Source: Octopus sinensis
Lineage: Eukaryota
Direction: 5' to 3'
Length of the DNA: 64,000 nt
Assembly: GCF_006345805.1 (NCBI RefSeq)
Contig: NC_042999.1
Coordinates: 88,784,001 to 88,848,000 of the forward strand
The position numbers and the translations under genes were made by a program. This document shows positions 14,300 through 27,024 of the stretch, piece after piece. The notes below the pieces were generated by a model. That model did not search any database, had not been told where the DNA came from, and saw nothing but the letters and a program-made list of their open reading frames with translations. How positions within the stretch are numbered: position 1 is the first letter of the stretch; each line of letters starts with the position of its first letter.

Positions 14300-14910
14300 C
14301 ATGCAAGTGCTACCAGTCAAAAACTCAACATACCGGAAGCCAACAAGTGCATGGGGTCATCAGGAGAGAATGCGCACCGTTTTGGGGCCTACCTCTCAAT
14401 GGCATCAATACACACCGGGCCCCCCTCACTGATATGAAGCCCCACTTGCTAGATCAACTGGTTATCAAATAAAGCTCAATATTCATCTAGCCATCGCTCA
14501 TGGTCATTTTTAACCAAATCCAGTGGCTAGCCTTCTCCACTGTAGTTTGGATATCTGCCATGGTGGTATTGACTTTATGATGAGTTAGGCCTAACGATAA
14601 CAACAGTCATCTCACACAGTGTCCAACAAACCCTCTACATCCAACTTCGATTGGAAAATGCTCTGCTTTCCAACCTGCATTTTCACATTCCTTGAGGAGG
14701 TTTACATATCGGTTAATCTTTCGAGCCCAAGCAGCGTCCATGTAATCTTTGTGAGGAACTGTTAACTTGACTAGATTTACAACTTTCCTTCTTTCACACC
14801 ACATCAAAATGTTTGGTTTTTTTCGTTACTGGGATGGGAAAGAATTCCTGGCACCCAGGTAAATCTGCAGTCACCTCCCAATAGCCGTTCCACTTTTCAT
14901 CTCTCACAGT
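14300..14910 (-). mobile_element. HERO-like (R2-group) non-LTR retrotransposon 3' fragment with restriction-like endonuclease
   Basis: ORF 14607-14807: V(E/K)LTVP..AWARK.NRY..L.KEC..AGWKA..FPIEVGCRGFVG, the typical PD-(D/E)xK REL C-terminus of HERO-clade elements. Confidence 0.8.
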
Positions 14911-16336
14911 ATCCTAAATATTTTTAAATATGAAAACAACATGACTATTATTTAACAATATACATATTATATTGTAGGTTTATGACTATAAACAATATCA
15001 TAGACACATACTAGAGGACTTGCTATGCTATTAGACATTGTAATCACTAACATAAGACAGGTAACAGAAACAGGCTCAGTATTGGCACTCAAACCCTGTA
15101 TTCATCAGTTGCAATGTGAACAGATTACCAATATACTACAGAGAGCCTGCTATCCTTCTAGCACTAAGTGACTGACAAATTATCTTGGAAATAAAATTTT
15201 TTTAAAATCTTGTCAATGGGCTTGTTGCTCTCTTATGTCTCAAGTTTATTGTTATGATTTCTAATTTAATCTACAATAAAATTTTAGCTTTTAATTCATA
15301 ATATATTTACAAATTTGTGTTGACAGAACGTCTGACGACAAATAATTTGACAAGTGTAACACAATACATAGTATTCTAGGTTGAAAGGAAAGAAAATCAG
15401 CCAAGATATAATAAATATTTATCAAGAATAAAATGATTGAAGGATGAATCAGAAAAAAATTCTATGAACATAAAAACAAAGATTAAGAGAATTGAATCAC
15501 ATTAAAAAAAAATAAGGTAAGGTAAAGTTGATTTGAAACGATGAAGATCAAGAACCTGAGAAGAAAACTTATCAACACAAAACACATCTTGTTTGTTTTA
15601 TTTCATTTTGCTTCATTTATTATAACCCAATAAAATACAGCGAATTAGCTTTCCATCTTTATGAAGAGACCATCTGTATTCTTGACATACAAATAATCAT
15701 TTCTGACCTATGCTCTCAAAGTGATTGAAGATAACAAGAGCAGCTGGTTATAAACATTCCAGCCAAGGTACAGCAGATGTGCTACTAAAAGTCTCAAATA
15801 AAAAAGGTACAGAATTCCTTGAGAAACTAGGTAGCTATCGAGAGTGGTTTCTATAACTTTGGATTTTGTCAAAGAGATGATGTATCAATGACTTCTACAT
15901 TAGAAGCTAGGCTGTATCAACGCTGAAAATCAAATACACAACTAACATTACTTATAAAGAAGATAAGGGTTCTGAAGCTATTGTATTATTATTTTATGTC
16001 TCAGAATGGTGGGTTAGCAGAATCTTTAGAGTGTTGAACAAAATGCCTTATGATATTTGTTCTGATTCATTGCATTCTGAAGTCAAATCCTGCCATGAAC
16101 AGCTTTGCTTTTTATCCTTCTGGTTGGTAAAAATAAAATACCAATAAAGTATTGGGATCAATTTATTCAACTAACTTCTCCCTGCAAATTTGTGCTCTTA
16201 TGCCATTCCCAACCACATGATTCTGGGCTCAGTCCCACTGCATGTCCCTTTAGACAAGTGTCTTCTGCTATAGCCTCTGGCTTATCAAAGCCTTGTGAGG
16301 GAATTTAGTAGATGAAAACTTAAAGAAGCCTGTCAT

Positions 16337-17952
16337 ATCATCATCATCATCATCATCATTTAGCGTCTGCTTTCCATGCTAGCATGGGTTGGACGGGTCA
16401 ACTGGGGTCTGTGAAGCTGGAAGGCTTCGTCAGGCCCAGTCAGATCTGGCAGTGTTTCTACGGCTGGATGCCCTTCCTAACGCCAACCACTCCGCGAGTG
16501 TAGTGGGTGCTTTTTACGTGCCACCTGCACAGGTGCCAGACAGAGCTGGCGAACGGCCACGAACGGATGGTGCTTTTACGTGTCACCGGCACGGGGCCAG
16601 GCGATGCTGGCAACGGACCCGAACGGATGGTGCTTTTACGTATCACCGACACGGGGTCAGACAGAGCTGGCAAACGGCCACGAACGGACGGTGCTTTTAC
16701 GTGTCACCGGCACGGGGGCCAGCCGAGGCTGGCAACGGACGCGAACGGATGGTGCTTTTACGTTCCACCGACACATTTGCCAGACAGAGCTGGCAAATGG
16801 CCACGAACGGACGGTGCTTTTACGTGTCACCAGCACGGGGGCCAGCCGAGGCTGGCAACGGACACGAACGGATGGTGCTTTTACGTGCCACCGACACGGG
16901 GCCAGACAGAGCTGGCAAATGGCCACAAATGGATGGTGCTTTTACGTGTCACCGGCACGGGGCCAGGCGAGGCTGGCAACGAACACGAGCGAATAGTGCT
17001 TTTACGTATCACCGGCACGGGTGCCAGACGAGGCTGACAGCGGACACGAACGGATGGGTCACTTAACCCCTGCTTTCTGATATATGATTTGATATTGATT
17101 GTTCTCACTTGTCTTGCCGGGTCTTCTCACGCACAGCATACTTCCATAGGTCTCGGTCTCTGGTCATTTCCTTGGTGAGACCTAGAGTCCGAAGGTCGTG
17201 CTTCACCACCTCGACCCAGGTTTTCCTGGGTCTACCTCTTCCACAGGTCCCCTCAACTTTTTCACACACCTATCTTCATCCATTCTCACCACATGACCAT
17301 ACCAGCGCAATCGTCTCTCTTGCACACAACATCTGATGCCTCTTAGGTCCAACTTTTCTCTCAAGGTACTTACACTCTGTCGACTATGAACACTGACATT
17401 ACACATCCAACGGAGCATACTAGCTTCATTTCTTGCGAGCTTACGCATGTCCTCAGCAGTCATGGCCCATGTTTCACTGCCATGTAGCATGGCTGTTCGT
17501 ACACATGCATCATACAGTCTGCCTTTTACTCTGAGCGAGAGGCCTTTAGTCACCAACAGAGGTAAGAGCTCCCTAAACTTTGCCCAGGCTATTCTTACTC
17601 TAGCCGTTACACTTTCAGCACACCCACCCCCACTACTGACTTGGTCACCAAGATAACGGAAGCTATCAACTACTTCTATTTTTTCCCCCTGTAAAGTGAC
17701 GGAAGTTGTTTTCTGCAGATTTTCAGAGGTTAATGCTCCCGAGCATCTGCCACATACAAAAACCATCTTCCTAGTTAGTCTTCCTATGACATTGCTGCAC
17801 CTCTTATGTGTCCATAGCTTACACTTGGTGCATCTTATAGAGTTTCTACCTACACCTTTTCTACAGATCGAGCAGGGCCATCTACCTGAAGGCGTTTGTG
17901 ATTTGTCTACCTTCCTACTTATTAGGACTTTGGTTTTAGCTAGGTTGACTCT
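16337..17952 (-). mobile_element. 5'-truncated RTE-clade LINE (RT C-terminus with PHD insertion, thumb, 3' UTR, (GAT)n tail)
   Basis: Open frame 17952-17203: RVNLAKTKVL..CSIC..CTKC..HKRC..CGRC..FRYLG..AWAKFREL..MLHGSETW..RLRWYGHV. CpGs are largely retained, so relatively young. Confidence 0.92.
16506..17055. repeat. GC-rich minisatellite, 9 units of ~60-62 bp with alternating A/B variants, in the RTE 3' UTR
   Basis: The (G)GTGCTTTTACG core recurs at ~16506, 16569, 16629, 16690, 16751, 16813, 16874, 16935 and 16995. Confidence 0.95.
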
Positions 17953-18199
17953 ATATATATATATATATCTGTATATGTCCTCGTGTCTCTTTGTTCCCCA
18001 TCACTGCTTGACAATGGGTGTTAGCATGTTTACATCCCTGGAACTTTATAGTTTGGCAAAAGAGACTTGTAGAATAAGAACCAGGCTTAAAATATAACCA
18101 CTAGGGTCAATTTGCTTGACTAAAATTTTTCAAGGTGGTAAAAGATATCAAAATCTCTCATTTATTTACAAATGTATTCCTTGTAGTATCTTAAAATCA

Positions 18200-19800
18200 C
18201 CAGAACAACAAGCAACATTCCATTATGGGAAAACCAGTGGGGATTCATGGTTTAGGCTGTTCAACAGTCACAGAAAAGGAGTTCTCTATCATGTCCATAT
18301 TTCCCTTAGGTGCCCGTGGTTAAGCCAAATTTGCTTTGGAGATTATTAAGACTTGTTCCATATGAACTCGAAGCTCACTAACAAATTTTCTGCTAGTGCC
18401 ATTGTCATATCTGGCATTGGTGGAATATTTATCATCTTTCCTTTCACAATTGCATGTAGTAAGACTTCATTGAAACATCTACAGGAGCTGTAATTAAATA
18501 TGCAGAAATTGTTATTGATTAAATCATTTTCCACTGAGGCACAAAAACTGGCTGTGATACTTAGTTCTTTGTTTGTCTACATAGTTATGAGTTCAATCCT
18601 TTCTTCTACATACCTTCTCTATAAACCACAATCTCCCTGACTAACAAATCTCTTCCATTTCTTTTCCACATTTAAGTGGTTAGCAGATGAGAGAAGACCA
18701 TCAAATAAGAAAGGTTACAAGGATATACAACTTTACAGCTTTTTCTAAAACTCTCACAACCATGCTAGTTGGAAAGTTGATATAATTAATAATAAAGATA
18801 ATTGAAGCATATTAAATGGAATATTGGATATTAATAAGATTAAGATGGTCTCAAACTATGGATAATATGCTTACATTCATTTAATCTTTCTATTATTTAT
18901 GGAGATTTAATCAACTCGTAGCTAAGTGTCCTGTCCTGGAAGACATTTGTCTCACACCCTTTTAACATGGTGACATGAAAGCCTGGCCTTCATTTCTCTT
19001 GTAGATATTTATATACATTCTGTTATAGCTGTACACTTTATTATTTAGAGCCCTGTAAATATAGAATATCAAAATCTTTTTTGTCAAAAGCAGTTGAATA
19101 ATTCTCTTTCTTAGAATCTTAATAAAAGCATGGTTCTTCACAGAGTCAAATATGCTCTATAATTTTTGCTTTGCTTTGCTGGTATGTTGTCATGTAAATG
19201 AAAAGAAATGTGAATGAATGCTTCCTCATGCATATGAAACTCAAATTACTTCTAAAATAGTAATGCCTGCACTGCTCTCTTTTTCAGCTCAGAGCTATTG
19301 TGATATTTTCTCCAGCAAATATCTTTGAGAACCAAATCATTGTTGTCAAATACGATATTTTCTACATGGTTGATATCTTTGAAAAAAGTTAATTTGGCTA
19401 GTCAACATCTGCAGCAACAAAAAAATTAATTTTATTTTGTCATTACACAGTGAATAGAAAACCTTATAGAGACTTTACTCTAATATTGGTTAGAATAAGT
19501 TAAGCAATTTCCTGTAGTACAGCAAGCTCCTAGTTGATAATAATAGGCCAATAATAATGATTTGTTGTTGATCTCACGATGCACCTGCTCTTAGAAATAT
19601 GAATTTAAATTCTGACAGACTAATGAAGAATATTCTAGGTATATTAGATAAGTAGTATACTTGAGTTAATATCTTTCTTCAGGGAACTTTTCAAATTACT
19701 TTTAGTTAACTCTAGTTCACCTTTTACATCATCCATAACAAACATTATGATTTTTAACTTTACCAAAAGGTCAGAAATGTTTCCAGTGGAATCAGTCAAG
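18200..19800 (-). mobile_element. Very degenerate non-LTR reverse transcriptase relic
   Basis: Minus-strand remnants in RT motif order: YYWPII (NYRPI-like), SLYKVF, IFDSVKNHAFIKIL (AFDSV.H-like), KGVRQ. Confidence 0.4.
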
Positions 19801-20179
19801 AAAATTAACTCCAATACTTGATTGGTATTTATTTTATCATCTCCTGGAAAGGATGAAGAACAAAGTTAGAATTGGCAAAATTTGAAAATAGAAAGTGAAA
19901 AATTGAAGCAAAATTCTATTTTGCCTTTTTTTTCTAACACATCAGTGTTGCAGCCAATGCACCACTTGCAAGGATAATGATTTCTAATATATGTAGAAGG
20001 CCACAAATTTGTAAGGGAGTAACAGTAAGTTACATCAGCTTATTTTATTGATCTCATTACCTTCACAAAGGAAGTTGACTTCGGGATGAGTTGAACTTCA
20101 AATATAAAGTGGAATAACTTAGTAATACAAATCATTTTTGTCTGACACTCTAGTGATTCTTTCATACCCCGATCTTCTA

Positions 20180-20710
20180 AATCTGTCATCCTCCACTCTA
20201 TTCAGTCTGTTCTCCAGGATTCTACTGTTTCATTCCACCATCATTCTATTAATTCTGTAATCTACCATCTTATTTATTCTGCTCTCTACCACACAAATAT
20301 CTCTTTTATTCACCTGTTTTTTCACATTGTCCTTCTGAACTCTACTCATTGTACCCTCTACCACTATAGGCAATCTGTCCATTACCACTCAACTCATTCT
20401 GTGCCCCCACTACACTACAAATTCTATCTTCCAATTTTCAACACATTCTGTCCTCCCCCATTCTACACAATTTGTCCTCCATAACTCTATACATTCTCTC
20501 TTCCACCACTCAACTCATTCTGTGCTCTAACTACTCTACACATTCTACCCTCCACTACTCTATACATTCTGTCTCCAACACTACAAGTTCCATCATCCTA
20601 CTCATTCTGCCCTTCACTACTCTATTCATTTTGTCCCTCACTCTATACAATCTTTCCTCCACTACTCAATACATTCTATCCTCCCCCAACTCTATTCATT
20701 CTGTTGTCAA
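20180..20710. repeat. Degenerate C/T-rich minisatellite (~26-28-bp units, CTACTCTATACATTCTGTCCTCCAC-like)
   Basis: Recurrent ATTCTGT/CCACTACTC motifs at regular spacing. Confidence 0.7.
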
Positions 20711-20949
20711 TTGCAAATTTTGTCATTTGCCATCTTTTATAATTGTAATAATAACAACTAGGTTATCTTTGTCAAAGAACTACAGAATATAGAGTTTAAT
20801 GAAAGAAACAGAAAAAGAAAATTAGAAATAAAATGAATAAAACTTGTTTTCAACAGGTGAAATATCAACAACAGTAAATTGTTTCCCTTCACTGTATTGT
20901 TTATTTTATCTGGAAAATACTTTAGTTAGATTTAAATTAACAGACAACT

Positions 20950-22650
20950 ACTGTCTCACTTGCCATTATTGGACCTTTACTCTTCATTTGGACCCTTTGA
21001 CCCATATCATTTTAACCACACGAACCCTCATTTGATAGAAGCATTTCAACAGAAGGATGAACCATTTCTATTTTTACATTGTTTTAAACAGTATTTAAAG
21101 ATCTGAAAATGGATCCTGAGTGTTATAAACCTCTTGCAGTCAATGATTTCAATAGTACTGTTTATATATCATCTTCGTCTGTAGTAATGACATAAAAGCA
21201 CAAATTTAATGACTTTACACCTGTATGGCTGATCCATTAACAATATAATTTATTTTTGCTGAGAAATGGTTCAGTTTCATCATCCTAAATATGCAACAAG
21301 TGACATTGATCCTAAAATTCAACAACCAAAAATTGCACTGTACTAAAGTATGAGTTACAACTACATTTTTCTTCCTTTATTTTTTTATTAAATCTCTCTT
21401 CAGTTTGAACACCATCAATTGCCATTCTATCATATTTCAGACAGGGAGAGCAAACAGCAAACTAATCACATTACCAGAATAGAGGTGCATCAGAATTCTT
21501 TGGAAACCTGAACCCACAGGTCAGCCACGTGAGTTTGTATAGTATTTCAGAGTCATGTCTAACTCTTCTGCCATAGTGTTATTTCTTATTCCTTCTATTT
21601 ATACCCTATAGAATTGTTATTGCATCCAGTTTCCATCTTACATTTCTTAGGTGATAAAGCACAAAGTATCCTTTTCAATACTGTAGGTACTTCTTAGCTT
21701 CTTTGTTGATCCAGTCTGACAACTCAGTGATATTCATATCAACAGAAATTTTTCCTTCTCTACACAATGGAATACTTATCCATCATTCATTGATCACTAC
21801 AGATGCTTCTGCATTGTTGCATATTGGAGTATCTATAAGTAAAAGAAAGACATTCAGCCTTTGAAGTTATGGAAAATATCCCAATATGAGAATTTCTCAA
21901 GTTGCCTGAAGCTACTAACAGAGCTGAATTATGCTTGTCTTGTTGAGTGTTCAAATTTATTCAATTTTGCAATAAGCACATTGGTGACTGATAGTAATGT
22001 TATTATGGCAATGATATCATCTATGTTAGCAGTTTGGTGGCTGAACCCCAGAGGGATCTTGCTCAACAATTATATTCCACTTCTGAAGGCTATAAATGCC
22101 TCTACATATCAAAGCAGTGAGAACAGACAAGACATTGATGAATTGATATTCCAATTCTTAATTTATTCACTGGTTTGCAAGAACCTTTGAACACTGTTCT
22201 CCTTACATTTCAAGCCATTCCCAGCAAGTAGCAAAAAACCTTTGGTCCAGGTTTTAGAGCAATTTTGAAGTACCTTTTTTTTTTCTTTTGTAGTTTATTA
22301 AAAGAAAAAAAAAGTTAGCTGCTATGATCTTCACATGCCCTCCAAGACTAATGAAACTCATGCAGAATAGAATATCTGCAGTTATAAGTATTTTCAGAGT
22401 GAAATTTACCTATTTCACTTCTCTTAAGAAATTCATTTATATTCACTGGCTTGTTTAAGACCATCTCAATCTCATTACAGATTAATGGTAATAATTCTTA
22501 TTTGCTTATACAAAATAACTTCATCATGATTTTTCTGTCTCAACGACCCTTGCTTTCTCTAATTCATCTTTTTTACCTTTTAATAGTTGCCACTAACTTT
22601 TGCTTCTATTTGGATTTACTCAGAGACTTTTCTATTATTTTTAGAATTAA
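20950..22650 (-). mobile_element. Degenerate I-group-like LINE relic with RNase H remnants
   Basis: Fragments SEVEYNC..W..HNSALLVASGNLRNSHI (thumb-like), LKYYTNS (IYTDGS-like) and WISHTGV (WIPSH.G-like) in the expected order. Confidence 0.4.
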
Positions 22651-23337
22651 GTTGTTGTGGTGTCTGAAAATGAACGTTGTTATTGTTTTTCTATTGTGTA
22701 TGTGCTTTGTGAATTCATAAATAAAACCCTACCACAAAAAAATTTAAATAATGCTAAATATCTGCAATCCCATCAATATATTACAAACTAAATACTAATA
22801 ACAACAACATCTTACATTGGCAGAAAGCCACATTTTCACTGAAGAAATATATTTATAGTTCATTGAATCAACTTTCACTTTTCCTTTTTTATTTTATTTT
22901 ATTTTGTCATTTTTTGTGGGTTTTTGTTTGGAAAACCCACTAAGGCTATATGTTAATGATACTTTTTGAGAGTTTCTGGCAAGATAAAAGCAAGCAATCT
23001 TTTTAATATATTAATTATTTACAGAAGAAGCTGAGTGTAATGGACTTTTGTAGACCCCTCCAGTCCAGGGAGATTGATGCAATTAATATTCCATTTGAAC
23101 TTTGCTGTAGAACAATGGAAGCAGAAAGAAAATTCTAGGTAGTTACAGCTTTGGAAATCAACAAGTAGGCAAAGTGTTTAGTTTTAGACAGCAGAGTTGG
23201 GTGTTGAGACATTGTAAGGATGACAAGTGGGGAGAGATAAATGCATCAGGTAACTTAAATAGAGCTAGGGTCCAGTTTATCAATTCAAAAAAACTGGGAT
23301 CATTGGAGTAGTGACAGAGCAGATAAAGAAGTGTCGA

Positions 23338-23650
23338 TGAGGTGGTATCAAAAAGTTCCCGGACTAGTTATTTTAATAAGAAATGACTTATTTATCAAAG
23401 TTTTAACATCATCTCATTCGAAATAGTCACCTTGTGCAGCAATACACCAGTCCCAGCATTTCTGCCACTTTTGGAATCTGACCTGGAAGTCATTTTCCAT
23501 AAATGAGATGAGAACCTTCTGTGATTCACTTTTGATTTTCCCAAGGGTGTGAAAACAGTGATCTTTGAGTTGCATTTTCCTCTTTGGGAAGAGATGGGAG
23601 TCTGCAGCTACTAAATCTGGTGAACAGGGTAGATGCAGAAATGATACCAT
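23338..23650 (-). mobile_element. mariner-like transposon 3' relic
   Basis: ORF HLPCSPDLVAADSHLFPK..FQKWQKCWDWCIAAQGDYFE (YSPDL motif and typical mariner C-terminus); TIR-like CCGGGAACTTTTTGATACCACC(TC). Confidence 0.85.
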
Positions 23651-23972
23651 TTTCTCAACTTAATTGCAAAGTTATAGAATCGTAAAAGAATACAGACTGT
23701 TTTAAGTAAACAAACTATCTTAATAGAAATTCTTCTGTTCCAGTGCTTTGCCATGAAATGTAAAATGATGCCTTCCATAATTCGAGTTTTCAGCATGGCA
23801 TTTATACATGGCAACATTGCCTGAATTTTCTACTTTGTTGTCTGACAGAGAATTTCATAGATAAGTATTTGTTATCTGCAGCTTGGAAAAACTGTGTTCA
23901 CATTGCTATTTGTTTACATCTAAATATCATCATTGCACTGCATTTATTTGTAATTTGTAACTATCGCTGTTG

Positions 23973-24023
<51 letters not shown>

Positions 24024-24094
24024 GTATTGTTGATGTTGTCATCGTCATTGTCATCGTCATCATCACCATCATCATCATCATATCATGTGATGCA

Positions 24095-24935
24095 TATGGA
24101 TGAAGACAGCTGTGTAAAGAAGTACTGAGCTCTAACTGTGGAAGAGATGGATGCAGGAAGACATGGGATGAGGTGACGAACCATGATCTTCGAATGTTGG
24201 ACTTAACAGAGGTCATGGCAAGTGACCATGACCTTTGACAATATGCTGTGCTTGAGAAGACTCATCAAGTCAAGTGAAATAGTAGTCATACCCATTACCA
24301 GTGTCATGTGAATGGCACCCATGAAAGCATAATTGTGACCGTTGCTGGTAGCATAATCTTTGAATGTCAGGCTTCATGGAAGCGATGACAAGTGACCAAG
24401 ATCATTCATGATATGCTGTGCTTGAGAAGACTCGTTAAGCCAAGTAAAATTGTAGTCGTGGCTGTTACCAGCCTCATGTAAATGGTACCCATGGAATTGT
24501 AATTGTAGTTATTTCTGGTGTCATGTAAACAGCATCTGTGCCAGTGGCACGTAAAAAAGCACCCATTATACTTTTGGAGTGGTTGGCATTAGCAACCATG
24601 CCAAATTAGAGTGGAACCTGGTACAGCTCTCCAGCTTACCAGTTCCAGTCAAACTGTCTAACCCATGACAGCATGGAAAGCAGCCGTCCAAGAATTCGGA
24701 CCAGGAGATCACCATTTCCAGCGACTTCGAGGGCCACCTCCCAGTGGTGTCGGGCATCAACGAAGAACCCTCAACTACAACAAGACGACCAAAGTTTTTT
24801 TTTTTCCAAGGTCTGGGGTCTCCCGCCCCAAAGCACTAGACCATCACCTAATCACCCTTACCCGTCTTGTTGCTTAACAACAACAACAACAACAACAGCA
24901 TGGAAATCAGACATTAAATGATGGTGATGATGATG
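24095..24935 (+). mobile_element. RTE LINE 3' fragment interrupted by a younger insertion
   Basis: CGRDGCRKTWDEVTNHDLRML.. ORF end, then the same UTR and (GAT)n tail as the other RTE copies. Confidence 0.8.
24684..24894 (+). mobile_element. Short 5'-truncated retroposon with (AAC)n tail and 16-bp TSD
   Basis: Flanked by ACAGCATGGAAAGCAG (24668-24683) and ACAGCATGGAAATCAG (24895-24910); CpG-rich; ends in (AAC)n. Confidence 0.8.
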
Positions 24936-25684
24936 ACCCTCATCATCATGACTCTCAACATCATTAACTTCATAATCGTGGTCGTCATCATCATCATTAT
25001 CATTCATTCCACTGCACCAGTTTATAGTGTGACTCACACATTATGGTCTGTGTATTCTCATTAAAATGTTTATATATTATAACAGTTCTGCAGAAGATGT
25101 CCATAATACATAATAAAGTAGCAGACAATGATTGTGTTTTTCTTTTTCTTTTTTCATCTGTCTCTTTTAAGTTTGATAGCAACGTTTGTATCATGTTAAT
25201 TTGTGCATTTGTGCTTTTATATTAATTCTTCAGCACACATGTTATTCTAAGGATCATTTCTGCTTTTTCATTTTCTATATTGTAAATATTTTTATTTCAA
25301 AGTCATGATATCAAAGAAGTTTGTTTTTATTCCTTCTGTTTGAATACACAAGCATGTTGACAGTAATGTCTCCCATATATCATAGCTGTGTCAGTTTTTA
25401 GGCACTCTCTGTAATGGTATGCTGGTACCAGATGTTTCTGTCCTAAATTAAATATTGGCAAACTTTTTAATATACTTTGTTGCCAAATGTAGATTGTAAA
25501 TATTTAAAGTCAGTTTTCTGTATACAATGTTTTTACTGTCTGTTGTAAGAGCTACTTTCCTTTTTAATGATGGCATTTAATTAATTATTGGAAAACAGAT
25601 ACTGGTGTTTTTTGCTAAAAGGAAACCACTAGTTTCCATCTATTAATTCTTAGCATTATTATTTATTTAATGAATTAATTAATC

Positions 25685-25768
<84 letters not shown>

Positions 25769-25859
25769 CATTTTCTAATCAACAGATCAGACTATTGGAA
25801 AAGAAAAATCCTATCATGCTACAAGTAACCTTAAATGCCAAGAACCCTCCTATTATTTC

Positions 25860-25923
<64 letters not shown>

Positions 25924-26967
25924 TTCTTTGCACTGAAGATGTACTACAGTGTCAGCTGTTCACTACCAATGAACTAAGGTAACACCTCTTATTTTTCAAG
26001 CACCTTCTGGAGTATTCAAGCGGTTCCAAACAGTGCGGTTTTCTCACATCTTGTTGTCAGCTGGGCATGCTATATCTATGATCCAGCATAGTTTGCTTTC
26101 TTTCTCAATTAAGACTATGTCTGGCTTCCTATTCTCTATCACATGGTTGCACTGAATCATAAAATCCCACAGGATCTTTGCATTGTCATTTTCAATGATG
26201 CCTTCAGGTTTGTGGTCATACCAATTTTTTGCTCTGTCAAGTCCATACTTGTTGCAAAGTGTCCAATGGACAAGCCTTGCTCTATTATCATGGTGTCCGG
26301 TTTTAAATCACTTTTAGTCATCCACAGCCATCTTTTTTCTCTGTCTGTCTTATCTTCAACATCCCTATGAAATTGTCCATGCATTCTGTTTTTTTTCCCA
26401 CCTATTTTCAGTTTCATGCATTTTCAATTGTTTGTACAGTGCTTTATCTTTGAAATCTTTCATCCTACACCGGCCTGACCTTCTTCTAATAATAGTAGTT
26501 CTGTGGCATTTTTTACATACCATGCTATATTGTTTTCTTCTGCTCTAATGCTGTGTTCACATCCAATAAGTCCTCTTCCGCCTCTTTTTCTTGGTACATA
26601 CAGTCTATCAGTGTCACTTTTTGGGTGAAGTGTCCCTTATCTAGTTAGCAACTGCCTTGTCTTTCTGTCTAAGCTGTTTAGTTCGTCTACTGTCCATGCA
26701 ATTACCCCTGCTCCATATCTAAGTAGTGAAACCGCCCAGGTATTAATAGCTTCATTCTCATTCTGTCCGTTTAATTTTGACTTAAGGATCAGTCTCAGTC
26801 TGCACAAGTAATCTGCCTTAAATTTTTCTGTCATTTCTTTCTCCATCAATTTATCCATTTCCAAAATCCCCAAGTACTTATAGTCCCTCTTTTCTATCAG
26901 CTTCATAACCTCTCCCGATGGTGTCAATAGTTCATCCATACATTTGATTTTGCCTCTCTTCAAAACA
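25924..26967 (-). mobile_element. R4/Dong-clade LINE 3' fragment (internally deleted) embedded in (TAA)n
   Basis: YKYLGILE..INTWAVSLLRYGAG..LDRKTR, then LHPKSD.DRLYVPRK.GGRGL and MHGQFHR; (ATT)n tracts on both sides. Confidence 0.9.

Positions 26968-27024
<57 letters not shown>

Noticed and set aside
16506-17055. CRISPR-like regular repeats and the overlapping 138-225 aa ORFs
   Set aside because: The 'spacers' are themselves repeated, there are no cas genes, and the context is a eukaryotic LINE UTR. The ORFs are artefacts of a stop-poor repeat.
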